A DNA stretch of 64,000 nucleotides, taken from the NCBI GenBank assembly GCA_051294375.1, contig CM119268.1, positions 15,333,898-15,397,897 on the forward strand, written 5' to 3'. Below the pieces are notes generated by a model. The model saw nothing but the letters and a program-made list of their open reading frames with translations, did no database searches and was not told the origin of the DNA. This DNA is from Paraspadella gotoi (Eukaryota > Animalia > Chaetognatha). Shown in pieces: positions 12,368-26,553 of the stretch (the first letter of the stretch is position 1; every line of letters begins with the position of its first letter). The translations under genes were made by a program, and so were the position numbers.

Positions 12368-13543
12368 TGGCGTCGTCGTTCGAGGCGTTAGTCTGCGACT
12401 GATGGGCGTGGGCTTTCCGGTCAGGAGGGAAGAGGCTCGATTCCGTCAGGGGTTGGATGACTTCTTTGATAGATAGAGACAGGGTAAGTTATAAAGAACA
12501 GACAAAGAGACGGAGACAGAAAGAATAATAAATAATTTAATTTTTGATCTTAAGTTTTGTCGTTGGAATGAATTTTCTAATGATATATGAAATTGGTACA
12601 ACCAATATAAGAAATTATCCATTCATTTAATAATAAGCTATCTTGCCCCTGACCTTTGGACAGGCTTTGGTGGTTTAAGGCCTCCATCACTCTTACAAGA
12701 TAATGACATAGCAGGTCCCTGCAAGCTTTCAATCAAGACTCTCTCACAGTCTCGTTTATTCACTCCCAGAGTACCTGGCTTCCCTATCAATGAAGTGGTA
12801 TAATATTTCAAAGAATGTTTCAATTGTATGAAAAAGACTACTCCCTTAAGTATTAGATCGGGAATACTTATTGTACTCCGCACTAGCATCAAAATACAAG
12901 GAGCTGAATTTTATGAAATTGGTACAACCAATATAAAAATTATCCATTCATTTAATAAATAAGCTATCTTGCCCCTGACTTTGGACAGGCTTGTGGTTTA
13001 AGGCCTCCATCACTCTTACAAGATAATGACATAGCAAGGTCCCTGCAAGCTTCAATCAAGACTCTCTCACAGTCTCGTTTATTCACTCCCAGAGTACCTG
13101 GCTTCCCTATCAATGAAGTGGTATAATATTCAAAGAATGTTTCAATTGTATGAAAAGACCACTCCCTTAAGTATTAGATCGGGGAATACTTATTGTACTC
13201 CGCCACTAGCATCAAATACAAGGAGCTGAATTTTTATGAAATTGGTACAACCAAATATAAAAATTATCCATTCATTTAATAAATAAGCTATCTTGCCCCT
13301 GACTCTGGACAGGCTTTGGTGGTTTAAGGCCTCCATCACTCTTACAAGATAATGACATAGCAGGTCCCTGCAAGCTTTCAATCAAGACTCTCTCACAGTC
13401 TCGTTTATTCACTCCCAGAGTATTATAGTTATTATAATTATTATAGTTTCGATTTTTGTATGCTTTTGTGTTTGGAGGTCGATTTCCGTCTGTCTCTCTG
13501 CTCCTCTCCTTTCCTCGCCTCTCTCTCTCTCTCTCGTTGTCTC

Positions 13544-13593
<50 letters not shown>

Positions 13594-15053
13594 CTCTCTC
13601 TCCTCTCTTCTTTTCTCGCTNNNNNNNNNNNNNNNNNNNNNNNNNTCTCGCTCACTTTCCATTTTAAGAGGCTCATATAAAAAGGTCTGGCAAAATTGTT
13701 GACATCCTTAAAACCTTGAAAGGGGAAATTTAGTCGTGACATCATGAATGCGGGATTAGAGGAAGGGCTGGAAAGAGGGAGGAAAGGAAAGAGAGAGTTC
13801 TCTCTCTCTCTCTCTCTCTCTCTCTCCTTCTCTCTCATCTCTCTCTCTCTCTGGCGCTCGCGGATCGCGGCTAACCAAGGATCGACGCTTGAAACTTTTC
13901 TTGAAGAGGAGGGTTAAACATCCGTGCCCGTCGCTGGGGATAAATGGGGGAGGGGAAGAGGCCAAGAGAATCCGCGGCCATCCCGCTTTAAGGTGAGGAA
14001 AATGGGTGGGGAAATGAGGGAAAATCCCGCCCTGAAATTCGGGCTGGATTAGAGGAAAGTAAAGGCAGGGATCATGGGGTAGGTAGTTGAAATATGGCTA
14101 CTCGGAGCGTGGGATGGATGAATATGTTTGGCAGCAGGGTTAGAATTTGGTGAGTTGACCGGTAAAGAAAAAATGAAATTTAGCAGAAAAGATTAAAAGA
14201 ATAGAAAGAATTTATGCAGATTTTTGATGCTGAACAAAAATACGCCGCCTCAGTTGTCTCAACTGTTGACGATTCCATTGCAAAGCATCGGCTGCCTGTT
14301 GCGAGGTCGTCAGTGCTCTTGAGACTGCAGTCGACTGCCTTCGTGCCAGGATGCGATCTCAAAAAGAGAATTTTTTGGTACCGAGATCGAGGGTGAGTCA
14401 AGTGGTGAATATGAGTAAATTATGAGAGTGAGAGATGAGGACGAACTGAGGAGACGAGTTGGAAAAAAGGGTTCGAAAGGCTTTTCGGCGTTTGGGTGGT
14501 CGGCCACGCCATCGACGCCTGGGTCGACGGCGAATCCGTCCTCGTCTGCGGCTTCGGGCGGCGTTGTCGGAATCGGCGTATTTTGTCGGTGTCGTTGTCG
14601 GAGTCCTCGAGGTTATCTGCGTTGTCGGTGTTTTTTTGGCGGCGTTGGTGTCATCCGTTAGCAAAGTCGTCATTGTTCGTCAAGGCGTCGTCGGCATCTT
14701 CGACGTCCCAAAGGCCTAAATTGTATCCCTCGATTCCAACGAAAATCGACTTTTTCAAGTTTTTTTTCTCGAAAAAAAAATGAAAAAAGTTGCCATTGTT
14801 AATATTCTAACCATTGTTTAAGTCGATTGTTATTTGACATTAAAAATAATTTAGGAGAAAAGCATGATAGAATATATATAAATGAATTTGCTAAAAGTTT
14901 GAAAAAAAAAGTTGTCTTTCAATTTCAACAGTCGAATATTCATAAATATGCATGACGCCGCTCTTGATGTTTTAACCTCGACCATTTTTAGTCGGATTTT
15001 TTTTTTCAAACGTACACCATTTGCAACGCAACGCGATTATAACGAGGAAAACG

Positions 15054-15084
<31 letters not shown>

Positions 15085-15103
15085 GAGAGAGAGAGAGAGA
15101 GAG

Positions 15104-15175
<72 letters not shown>

Positions 15176-16351
15176 TGGCGTCGTCGTTCGAGGCGTTAGT
15201 CTGCGACTGATGGGCGTGGGCTTTCCGGTCAGGAGGGAAGAGGCTCGATTCCGTCAGGGGTTGGATGACTTCTTTGATAGATAGAGACAGGGTAAGTTAT
15301 AAAGAACAGACAAAGAGACGGAGACAGAAAGAATAATAAATAATTTAATTTTTGATCTTAAGTTTTGTCGTTGGAATGAATTTTCTAATGATATATGAAA
15401 TTGGTACAACCAATATAAGAAATTATCCATTCATTTAATAATAAGCTATCTTGCCCCTGACCTTTGGACAGGCTTTGGTGGTTTAAGGCCTCCATCACTC
15501 TTACAAGATAATGACATAGCAGGTCCCTGCAAGCTTTCAATCAAGACTCTCTCACAGTCTCGTTTATTCACTCCCAGAGTACCTGGCTTCCCTATCAATG
15601 AAGTGGTATAATATTTCAAAGAATGTTTCAATTGTATGAAAAAGACTACTCCCTTAAGTATTAGATCGGGAATACTTATTGTACTCCGCACTAGCATCAA
15701 AATACAAGGAGCTGAATTTTATGAAATTGGTACAACCAATATAAAAATTATCCATTCATTTAATAAATAAGCTATCTTGCCCCTGACTTTGGACAGGCTT
15801 GTGGTTTAAGGCCTCCATCACTCTTACAAGATAATGACATAGCAAGGTCCCTGCAAGCTTCAATCAAGACTCTCTCACAGTCTCGTTTATTCACTCCCAG
15901 AGTACCTGGCTTCCCTATCAATGAAGTGGTATAATATTCAAAGAATGTTTCAATTGTATGAAAAGACCACTCCCTTAAGTATTAGATCGGGGAATACTTA
16001 TTGTACTCCGCCACTAGCATCAAATACAAGGAGCTGAATTTTTATGAAATTGGTACAACCAAATATAAAAATTATCCATTCATTTAATAAATAAGCTATC
16101 TTGCCCCTGACTCTGGACAGGCTTTGGTGGTTTAAGGCCTCCATCACTCTTACAAGATAATGACATAGCAGGTCCCTGCAAGCTTTCAATCAAGACTCTC
16201 TCACAGTCTCGTTTATTCACTCCCAGAGTATTATAGTTATTATAATTATTATAGTTTCGATTTTTGTATGCTTTTGTGTTTGGAGGTCGATTTCCGTCTG
16301 TCTCTCTGCTCCTCTCCTTTCCTCGCCTCTCTCTCTCTCTCTCGTTGTCTC

Positions 16352-16401
<50 letters not shown>

Positions 16402-16428
16402 CTCTCTCTCCTCTCTTCTTTTCTCGCT
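10987..16428 (+). repeat. Tandem duplication with 2808-bp period; each unit includes a copy of 202-1430
   Basis: Identical ORF sets offset by 2808 (e.g. 11372/14180, 12638/15446); a 24-N gap at 13621-13644 lies between the units. Confidence 0.92.
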
Positions 16429-17240
16429 TCACTTTCCATTTTAAGAGGCTCATATAAAAAGGTCTGGCAAAATTGTTGTACATCCTTAAAACCTTGAAAG
16501 GGGAAATTTAGTCGTGACATCATGAATGCGGGATTAGAGAAGGGCTGGAAAGAGGGAGGAAAGGAAAGAGAACATGGAGGAAGGAGTGAGAGGGAGAAAA
16601 GGAAAGGGAAGATGGAGGAAGGAGTGAGAGGGAGGAAAGGAAAGGGAAGATGGAGGAAGGAGTGAGAGGGAGGAAAGGAAGAGAAGATTGAGGAAGGAGT
16701 GAGAGGGAGAAAGGAAAGGATAGATGGAGGAGGAGTNNNNNNNNNNNNNNNNNNNNNNNNNGAGAGGGAGGAAAGGAAAGGGAAGATGGAGGAAGGAGTG
16801 ACAGGGAGGAAAGGAAAAAATGAGTGAAAGAAACGTAAATCGATAAAACGCGTGAGTAAAAAGTGGAGATAAGTTTCCACAAGTTTCCACGAGTAGCAGG
16901 GTATGAAATACTACCGCTACATTACACTATTTTTAATCGTATTTTTAACAATCGTTAAATAATAATTCCGAGAATTTTCTAATAGTTTTAAAAGACCGTG
17001 GAGCTAGTGAAGGAGGGGCTTCGAAAAAAAAAGGGGTATAAAAATAATAAGAAAAAAAATCGTTGGTTCTTCTTCTCAGAGTAAATAAAGACTCGCGTCT
17101 CGAGGGAAAGGAAATTCTTTCCTTCTCAACTTTTTTTCGGTTTTCGCGTCCTGACTTTTCCACCTCTGCTCCGAGACAAGGAACCTGACCTTTGCCTTAC
17201 CTCGGTCCTCGTCCCTGCAACGCTCCCCCCGTTCACCATC

Positions 17241-17288
<48 letters not shown>

Positions 17289-20200
17289 AGAATCCCACCT
17301 TTGTGCCTCGTCGCTTCATCATCTCTCTCTCGGGACCGGGTAGGGAATCTCTTTCGACAACGAATGACGATAACGAAGAAGTGAAACGACGATGACGATG
17401 AAAAGATGAAAAACGACGACGACAAGAATATCTAAGTGAAGACTCCGATTTAGCAAATAAATAAATTTGTATCAAAATAGGTAAAATATAGGCGATTCTT
17501 TAACTCCGATTAGAATTTTCAGAGAATACTTTCAATAAATTTCGATCAAATTGAACATTTAATTAAATTTTCGCGGCCAGCGTCACTCAATTCCCCATAA
17601 TATTTTTTTAAAAAAATATGTTACCATAGAAGTGCTATTAGAATATATATAAAAGTTATATTAAAACTCGTCGCACAATCCATCTAATGTATTATCTATG
17701 ACGTTTTAAAGATGTTAAGTTAGTTATCATGTGGTTATAAACGTTATTAAACTTACAGTAAGTTACAATGAAGGACTTTTGTCGTACGTGTACCCTCCTT
17801 TAAAATGAAAATTATGGACGGTGTTGTACATCTAAATTGTGAATAATTAAATCCATCTTTCCGTATCAAAAAGAAATGTCCATATATTTAAACTTTAACG
17901 CGCCAAAAAAGTAAATAAAACTAGACATTAACCCAGGTCTAATAATGTAAACCTTTAACTCCCTCCCTTCTATACTCCGAAACCTCCCACCCCCCCCTCG
18001 CCAGCCAGCCATAGCGTTTCACTCTCCTATGGCCTTTGCCTTCCCCAGGGGCTCATCGTTGACACACAAATCGTCCCGAAGCCGAGGAGGCGAGGAAAAG
18101 AGGGGGCGGGGGACAGCAGAGAAAAAGGGAGAGGAAAGGAACGCAGAAAGAGAGAAAGGGACATCGCTTGGCTGATAGAAAGCATGAGAGAGCTCGTCGA
18201 GAGAGAGAGAGAGGAGAGAGAGAGGAGAGAGAGAGCAGCAGAGAGGGAGAATAGAGTGAGTGAGTGGAGATTGGAAAGAAAAGAAAGAAAGAATAGAAAG
18301 AAGAGTTTATTACTTAGTAGTGAGAGAAAGGGAAAAGATATTGGAAAGAACAAATATATACTAAAACAGAGTTCGGGCTGCCTGGCGCGGCGTCCAGCGG
18401 CCTGTGCCAGCTTCTCTCTATCTCCTCCTCTCTCCTCTCTCTTTTTTTTCTTCTCTCTCTCTCTCTCTCTTCTGAATTTTTTCCTTATAAAAACACTTTA
18501 TTATCGCCATTTCAGTCCCTCGCTTTTCTCTCTTACCTGGATTTTCGTGGCCCGTTGCCGGGGCAACCGAGTAACAATGTCGAGAACTTGATACGATATA
18601 AACGAAGTGACCTTCACTAATCGCGTCTCGTTGGGCGGGAAAACCTTTCTCTCTCTCCTCTCTGTCTCTCTCTCTCTCCTCTCCCTGTCTCTGTCTATAC
18701 GATCTCTTGTGCGTGGGATCGTCGTTTTTTTGAAAAATTCCTGATTGTTTTTTTCCTTTAAAAACTTTTATTAATTGCCATTTATTCCGCGCTTTTTTCT
18801 CAATACAAAATCCCACAAATACAATAACCATAGATTCTCGTGGCCATCTGCGGCGGCAACGAGTAAACAATGTCGAGCGAACCATGACCTAATACGCGTT
18901 TCGATGGCAACGGAAACGTTACGAGTATAAAAACAAGTTTGAACAAACGAATGTCTGATCTGCAACCAAACATTATCGTAATATATTAATCAATTAATTA
19001 AGAATATATTTAATTAATCTAATCAATTAATTTATCAGTTCAATTATTATCAATTACTTTCGGACAATTAATATTAGAATTAATCTTTTACTTCGATCCG
19101 AACATCGTTCTGTTATAACTCTCGACTTAATTGACTACTAATTAATTATTGACTTAATTAATTGACTAATTGATTAATTAACTGATTATTATTTGATTAA
19201 TTAATACATCCTTGCACTTTACATTTAAGAAAAAGAAGCACCTCACATCAATTAGTGAAACAGGTTCTTTGTTTTTTTATTCCTATTTGACACTCATTTC
19301 GCACTAAACGATTCCATCGCAAACTTCTATTTCTTGCTCAACTCACACACATTTTCCTACCCAAATAAAATTTCAAGTCAATCGCCCATCCACTCATGAG
19401 TAATTGGTGTTCCAAATAGTGAATTATCATTTTTTAGCTTTTTTCCATTTAAACCATTTCCACTGCGGACGATTCCATCGAAACCTTCATATCCAGCTCA
19501 ATCACAGACACTTCCCTACCGACCACACACAACATTTCATTCCCAATCGCATCCCACTCCAATCACCGAGCTAATTTTGGCTAAGGTGGGACTCGACAAC
19601 GGACAGACAGACACATAGATTTTATCATAATTCGATGTTCCTGACATTATGTAAGTGAATGCCCCAACAAGAATAGATGGGGCGGACCGGTACGGACTGA
19701 CACAGTGAATTATAGAGATAATACAAATACAAATAAAGTTCAATCGGCTTGACCTAGATTTCACCACCGTCACTAGTAAACGAGTAAACGCAGGTTCCGC
19801 CGCTCTGGGGCGTCTGTCCGCAGCTTCTTTTTTCTTCTCTCCTCTCTGTCCCTCTACTCTCTCTCTCTCTCTCTCTTGACTCTCTCTGTCTCTCTCTCCT
19901 CCTACCTCTCTTCTTCTTCTCTTTAACAATTTTTTTATTCACTCTTTTTTTTCGCTTTTCTTGGTGTGAATCAGTGAATCAGTTTTAAAGTGTAAATCTG
20001 CAAATCTGCAAATGGCTTTTCTACGTAAGTTTTTGATTGGACTGATTGGAAGAAGAAAACCGACGACACACAACCAAACGAAGACAAACGATTTAACGCC
20101 ACGGCATAGATGACGACGAAGACGACGTACGAAGACACGACCGAAGATCGACGATAAAGACGACAAAAAGCAATAATCGAACTTACCGATAATAAAATTA

Positions 20201-23200
20201 TTTGCATATTGCAGAGAATCCAAAAACCCCATATAAAAAGTACATTTGATTTTTTTTTCATTTTGGTTATTAAAGGTATTTTTAAACATTCTATGAAAAT
20301 ACTTTAGTATACATATCTTTTTTTAAAACAAATTACCATTCATAGAATAACTATATTCTATAATCATTCCTTCTAACAGGGAACAAATAAAATTGGCTTG
20401 TGGTCTAGACATAATCTTCCTTGGTCTAATACAATTAAACCAGATCAACCACAAAAGGTTGGTGGGCTGCGGATGGTGCCTCAAGCAAAATCGGCAGGGC
20501 GAATGAGGAGTTAGGCGAATTTTGCAAGGGGTGGTGCTTAATAATTCGAGCTCTGTGTATACATACTTGTTGGCAGGGCGACTGAGGAGTTAGCGGAATT
20601 TGCCAGGGGGTGGTGGCTTATAATATTTCGAGCCCTCTGGTGTAATACAACTTGATTGGCAGGGCGAATGAGGAAGTTAGGGAATTTTGCAGGGTGGTGC
20701 TTATAATTCGAGCTCTGTGTATACATACTTGATTGGCAGGGCGGACATGAGGAGTTTAGGGGAATTTCTGCAGGGGGTGGGTCGCTCTACTAATTCGAGC
20801 CTCTGTGTATACATACCCTTCGACTTGGCAGGGCGAATGAGGCAGTTGGGAATTTTTGCAGGGGTGGGTGGCTCCTATAATTCGAGCCTCTTGTATACAT
20901 ACTTGATTGGCAGGGCGAATGAGGAGTTAGGGATTTTGCAGGGTTGGTGTTATAATTCGACGCCTCTGTGTATACATACTTGATTGCAGGGCGAATGAGG
21001 AGTTAGGTGAATTTGGGGCAGGGTGGTGCTTATAAATTCCGCAGCCTCTGTGGTCATACATAACTTGATTGGGCAGGGCAAAATGAAGGAGTTAGCGGGA
21101 ATTTTGCAGGGTGGTGCTTATAATTCGAGCCTCTTGTGTATAATACTTAGGATTGGCAGGGGCGAATGAGGAGTTGGGAATTTTTGCAGGGGTGGTGCTG
21201 TATAATTCGAGCCTCTTGTGTATACATACTTGATTGGCAGGGCGAATGAGGAGTTAGGGGGAATTTTGCAGGGTGGTGCCTTATAATTCGAGCCTGCTGT
21301 GTTACCATACTTGATTGGCAGGGGCGAATGAGGGAGTTAGGGAATTTTGCAGGGTGGTGCTTACTAAATTCGAGCCTCTGTGTATACATACTTGATTGCA
21401 GGGGGCGAATGAGGAGTTAGGGAATTTTGGCAGGGTGTGCTTATAATTCAGCCTTGTGTATATCATACATTGATTGGCAGGCGTCGAAGTGAGGGAGTTA
21501 GGGAATTTTGGGCAGGGGTGGTGCTTATAATGTCCGAGCCTCTGTGTATACATACTTGATTGGCAGGGGCCGAATGAGGGAGTTAGGGGAATTTTGCAGG
21601 GTGGTGCTTATAATTCGAGCCTCTGTGTATACATACTTGATTGGCAGGGCGAATGAGGAGTTAGGGACATTTTTGCAGGGGTGGTGCTTATAATTCGAGC
21701 CTCTGTGTATACATACTTGATTGGCAAGGGCGAATGAGGATTAGGGGAATTTTGCAGGGTGGTGCTTAATAATTCGAGCCTCTGTGTATCATACTTGATT
21801 GGGCAGGGGGCGAATGGAGGAGTTAGGGAATTTTGCAGGGTGGTGCTTATAATTCGAGCCCCTGTGTATACATACTTGACTTGGCAGGGCGAATGAGGAG
21901 TTAGGGGAATTTTGCATGGGTGGGTCTTATATTCCGAGGCCCTCTGGTGGCCCGNNNNNNNNNNNNNNNNNNNNNNNNNCCCCCCCCCCGGGGGTAATGG
22001 GCCGGAGATTAAGGCAGAGGGGTCGTCGCGGTGAGGGTTTACTTTCTTCGGTGAGAAATAGGAATGGAAAGAAGGAGCTGAGATGGTAAGTTCGCCTTGT
22101 TTATGAGTTTGACGAGGTTGAGACTATTAATTGAAAGAGTTTACGTTACAGAGCAAAGTTCCGTAACAAAAGCCAAATGATAATAATAAAGCCAGTTTCG
22201 TGGTCTTAATTGAGGTTGACTTTCGTACATGAGAAGCTCCAAGGGAATTTTATAGAGGAGAGGCCATGGAAACACAGGGAATGTGTTAGTAGGGAGGCCG
22301 AAAGAAGAGAATCACGACCAAATCGTCCACGAAGCGAGGCACGGCGCGAGAGGAAAAGATGGGGGGCGGGTGTGGCGTTTGGCGGGGGTGCTAGGTAGGA
22401 TGCCAGTAAGCGAGCCATGCCTCGCGTGAGGCTACGGTCGGGGCGAAGGCGGAGCAGCCCCCCCCCCCTCCGAGGGGGGTTAATTGGAGCCCGGAGAATT
22501 AAGGCAGGAACGGGGTTCGCGCGGTGAGGGTTTACTTTCTTCGGTGATGAAACGATAGGATGAGAAGCGAAGGAGCTGTGAAGATGGTAAGTTCGCCTTG
22601 TTCTATGAATTTGACCGAGGTTGAGACTATTAATTGAAAGAGGTTTAACGTACAGAGCAAAGTTCGAAACGAAAAGCCAAATGATGAAATATATAACAAG
22701 CCAGTTTCGTGGTCTTAATTGAGGTTGACTTTTTCGTTACATGAGGAAGCTTCCAAAGGGAATGTTTATAGAGGAGAGGCCCATGGAAGAAACCACAGGA
22801 ATGTCGTTAGTAGGGAGGCCCGTGGGAACCAACAGTGTGCACCAAAAAAAATTACCATGGGAAACACAGGGAATGTGTTAGTAGGGAGTGCCGTGGGGAC
22901 AACAGTGGCGCAACAGAAAATTAGGCCATGCGAAACACAGGGGGAATGTGTTTAGTTAGGAGAGCCGTGGGGACCACAGTGTGCACAAAAAATAGGCCAT
23001 GGAAACAGGGAAAATGTGTTTAGTATGGGAAGCGCGTGGGGACCACAGTGGCACAAAAATTAGGCCATGGAAACACAGGAATGTGTTAGCTAAGGAGGCG
23101 TGGGGAGACCACAGTGCACAAAATAATTAGGCCCAATGGGAAACCAGGGAATGTGTTGAGTAGGGAGGCCGTGGGGACCCACGAGTGGCACAAATAAATT

Positions 23201-24756
23201 AGGCATGGATAACACAGGGAATGTTCGTTTACTAGTTAAGGGAGAGGCCACGTTGGGACCAACAGTGGACAAAACAAAACTTAGGCCATTGGGAAACCAG
23301 GAATGTGTTAGCTAGGGAGGCCAGCTCGGGACCACACAGTTGGTCACAAAATTGGGCCATGGAAACACAGGGATGTGTTAGTAGGGAGGCCGTGGGGACC
23401 CACAGTGCGCACAAAAAATTAGGCCATGGAAAACCAAGGGAATGTGTTAGTATGGGAGGGCCGTGGGGACCACAAGTGGCAAAAAAAAATAGGCCATGGA
23501 AACACAGGGGGACGGTGGTTAGAGGGAGGCCGTGGGGACCACAGTGGGCACAAAAATTAGGCCGATTGGAAACACAGGGCAATGTGTTAGTCAGGGAGGC
23601 CGTGAGGGGACCACAGTGGCACATAAATATAAGGCCATTGGAAACACAGGGAATTGTTGGTTAGTAGGAGGCCGTGGGGGGACCCAACAGTGCAGCAAAA
23701 ATAAAATAGCCATGGAAACACTAGGGAAATGTGTTAGTAGTGAGGCCGTGGGAGACCACAGTGCACAAAAAATTAGGCCAATTCGGAATACATCAGGGAA
23801 TGTGTTAGTAGGGAGGCCGTGGTGGACCACAGTGGCACAATAAAATTAGGTCCATGGAAACACGGGAATTGTCGTTTTTACTAGGCAGGCCGGGGACCAC
23901 AGTGGCACACAAAAATTAGGTCCATTTCGAAACCGGGAATGTGTTTATAGGGAGGCCGTGGGGATCCACAGTCGGCACAAAATTAGGCCATCTGAATACA
24001 CAAGGGAATGTGCGGGTTAGTTAGGTGGAAGGGCCGTGGGACGCAACAGTTGGCACAAANNNNNNNNNNNNNNNNNNNNNNNNNGCACGATAATGACGCG
24101 TAAGAGCGTCGGAACGCCGGTTGGAAAAATCAGAGAGGTGGGAAAAGAGAGGAGAGAATTAGAGAGGGAGAGGGGGAGAAAGATAGGGAGAGGAGGAAGG
24201 AAAGGAAAAGAATGAGAAGTTGAAGGGAGAAAGGTAGGAAGAAAAAAAAGGGAAAGGAGGAAGGGAAAGCGAGATTTTTACTCTTTTTACGTGATAATCA
24301 TCAGATAAAAATGTAAATCAATCTGACAATAGCTTCGAATAAAAAGGCTTGTACGTAACATCTAACTTACTAATTTTCTTAATATTTTATATTGGCTCTC
24401 ATCTTTTGACTTTCTCAGCCGAAGGTCAAGCCACGTGTTGTAAAACAAGAACGGAGATTCCAACGTGTGTTGCGCCGCAGTGACTTCCTTATCACGTATA
24501 TTTCCGAGGCATTACCCGAGTTATGAGCATTTTTAACGTGAGTGGGACAGACCGACTGACCAAAAAGTGACTCATAGCGTTGCTCCGCGAGTACTCGCGG
24601 CGCAACTAAAAATGTAAAAGAAGGAAAAAACGGTAAAAACAGAAGGCGAATTACAACAAAAAAATGTGGAAAAGGTAAAAACTGGGAACTGGCGAGAGGC
24701 GCCTAAGGAAAAAGGGAGAATGATCGATGTATAGAGGTCGGTCGGGGGGTGGAAGG
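15035..24756 (-). repeat. Inverted duplicate of 1456-10496 (probable assembly artefact)
   Basis: Colinear reverse complement with ends at 10496/15035 and 1456/24756; identity drops to raw-read-like indel noise at ~18100-24060; contains three 25-N gaps. Confidence 0.9.
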
Positions 24757-24923
24757 CGACGGTGGGCGGGGGAATGGGGGGTAGATGCCCCTAATGGGTT
24801 GCCCCGCGGGGCGCGGAGGGTAAGAAGCGGTCGCCTGGAACGAAGACGAGTCCGTCTGCGGCAAACAGACTTGAGTGGGCGAGAAAAAGGCGAGAGACAG
24901 AGAGACAGACGAAAGAGAGAAAA

Positions 24924-24967
<44 letters not shown>

Positions 24968-26153
24968 AGTAACGAACCAACGGATGACCGAACGAACGTC
25001 CGCGCAATTTCGTCACCAATTCAAATCCATTTACTGGATGTGTTTTGGATCATCCTCATCCGAATTATGAATCCGAAAGTGGTGCGAGGAATGACGACGA
25101 AAACGGCGATTCGCTTTGTAACAAAATTAGGTAAACGGTGGAAATGTTTTGTTTGTTTTAAAATCTGTCAATATTATCACAAAGTTACTTACGACGTATA
25201 AATGTAAAAAGCGTGAGAACAGACAATGTATTGTATAGACAAAAGAGCGTATAGTGAAAATTAAAAACAATATCTTTGCTTAATTTCATTGAGGCCGAAG
25301 CTTACAGAAATCTCACGTTAATCGTAAATGAGAATTTTATTTCATATCAATAATGATACAGTAGCATACATCAGCAACAAATAAAAAACAGAATTAAGAC
25401 GTTAACGTGAAGGGAAACTAAGTTAATCGTTATTACTTATTACTGTTTTTTTACAAAATAGTTCTAAATCTTGTGAATCTTGAATCACTTGAGTTTTCAG
25501 ACTAGATTTGAATTTTGATGATAATATTAAAGCCATGCGACGCCCACGCTGAGAAGACCCCGTCGTGACGACGCCAACGGTTCCACGCCGGCGACAAAAC
25601 GGCGCCTTTGGGACGTCGCGCTCTCTAACGACGCCGTCACAAGTCAAACCTGAACTCAAAACGACGTAACCCAACTCGGATTTAACGTCGCTGTCTTTGC
25701 CTATGAATTTTAATCTCCAAACATAGTATCACAAAGTATCGCATAGTATCTGAAAAGTCTCTACATAGGCTTCTTTTAACATTTAAAACTATGCATTTCG
25801 ATTTTAACTTTTTTGTTTTCATATTCACCAAATTCAACCTAATGACTCAAAGTTAAAAATTAAACAATAATACTCAATGTTAGAGTTTTAGAAAATAGTA
25901 TCAGTATCAGCAAAAAATAGTAAGCGGTAAATAATATTTGCTACGTATATTTATATTATAGTATGTATCTTTTCGCACTCCCCCCTGTTCTACTATTCAT
26001 CGCCCATAAACCCTCACCCGACCCAACCCGGGCCTCTCTCAACTCCCCCATGGGTCTCCCCGTCGTGACACCGCAGTTGGGACCGAGGTGGGCGGCTAAT
26101 GAATTTACGTCGCCGTTATGGAGAGAGAGAGAGAGAGAGAGAAGAGAAGAGAG

Positions 26154-26184
<31 letters not shown>

Positions 26185-26517
26185 AGAGAGAGAGAGATCG
26201 AGAGAGAGAGAGAGAGTGAAAGTGAGTTAGAATGGATTAAACGATTTTAAAAATGTTTGTCTTCGCGAAATATATATAATTCTTTCTTACAAAGAATTAG
26301 AGAAATATTTAACAAATACTGTTAAAACCTGACAAAAAAACGAAGACGACGATGACGACGATGACGACGACGACGACGCCAAGAAACGACGCCCCCCCAG
26401 GCGATCGTCGTTAGTGACATCAGAGTACGCTCATGAGAATCACTTCCAACTCGCCTTGGAGATAGAAAGAGATCAAGATAGGAGAGAAAAAGAGAGTTGA
26501 GAAGAGATTAGAGAGAG

Positions 26518-26553
<36 letters not shown>

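Noticed and set aside
10987-15034. Three-copy gene family of the acidic exon
   Set aside because: Copies 2 and 3 share identical indels and flank an N gap; best explained as repeated assembly of one locus.
25423-26460. GC-rich minus-strand exon candidates at ~25700-25530 and ~26455-26375, and a plus-strand donor at ~8356
   Set aside because: Single plausible splice sites, but no phase-consistent model or recognisable product; left unannotated.
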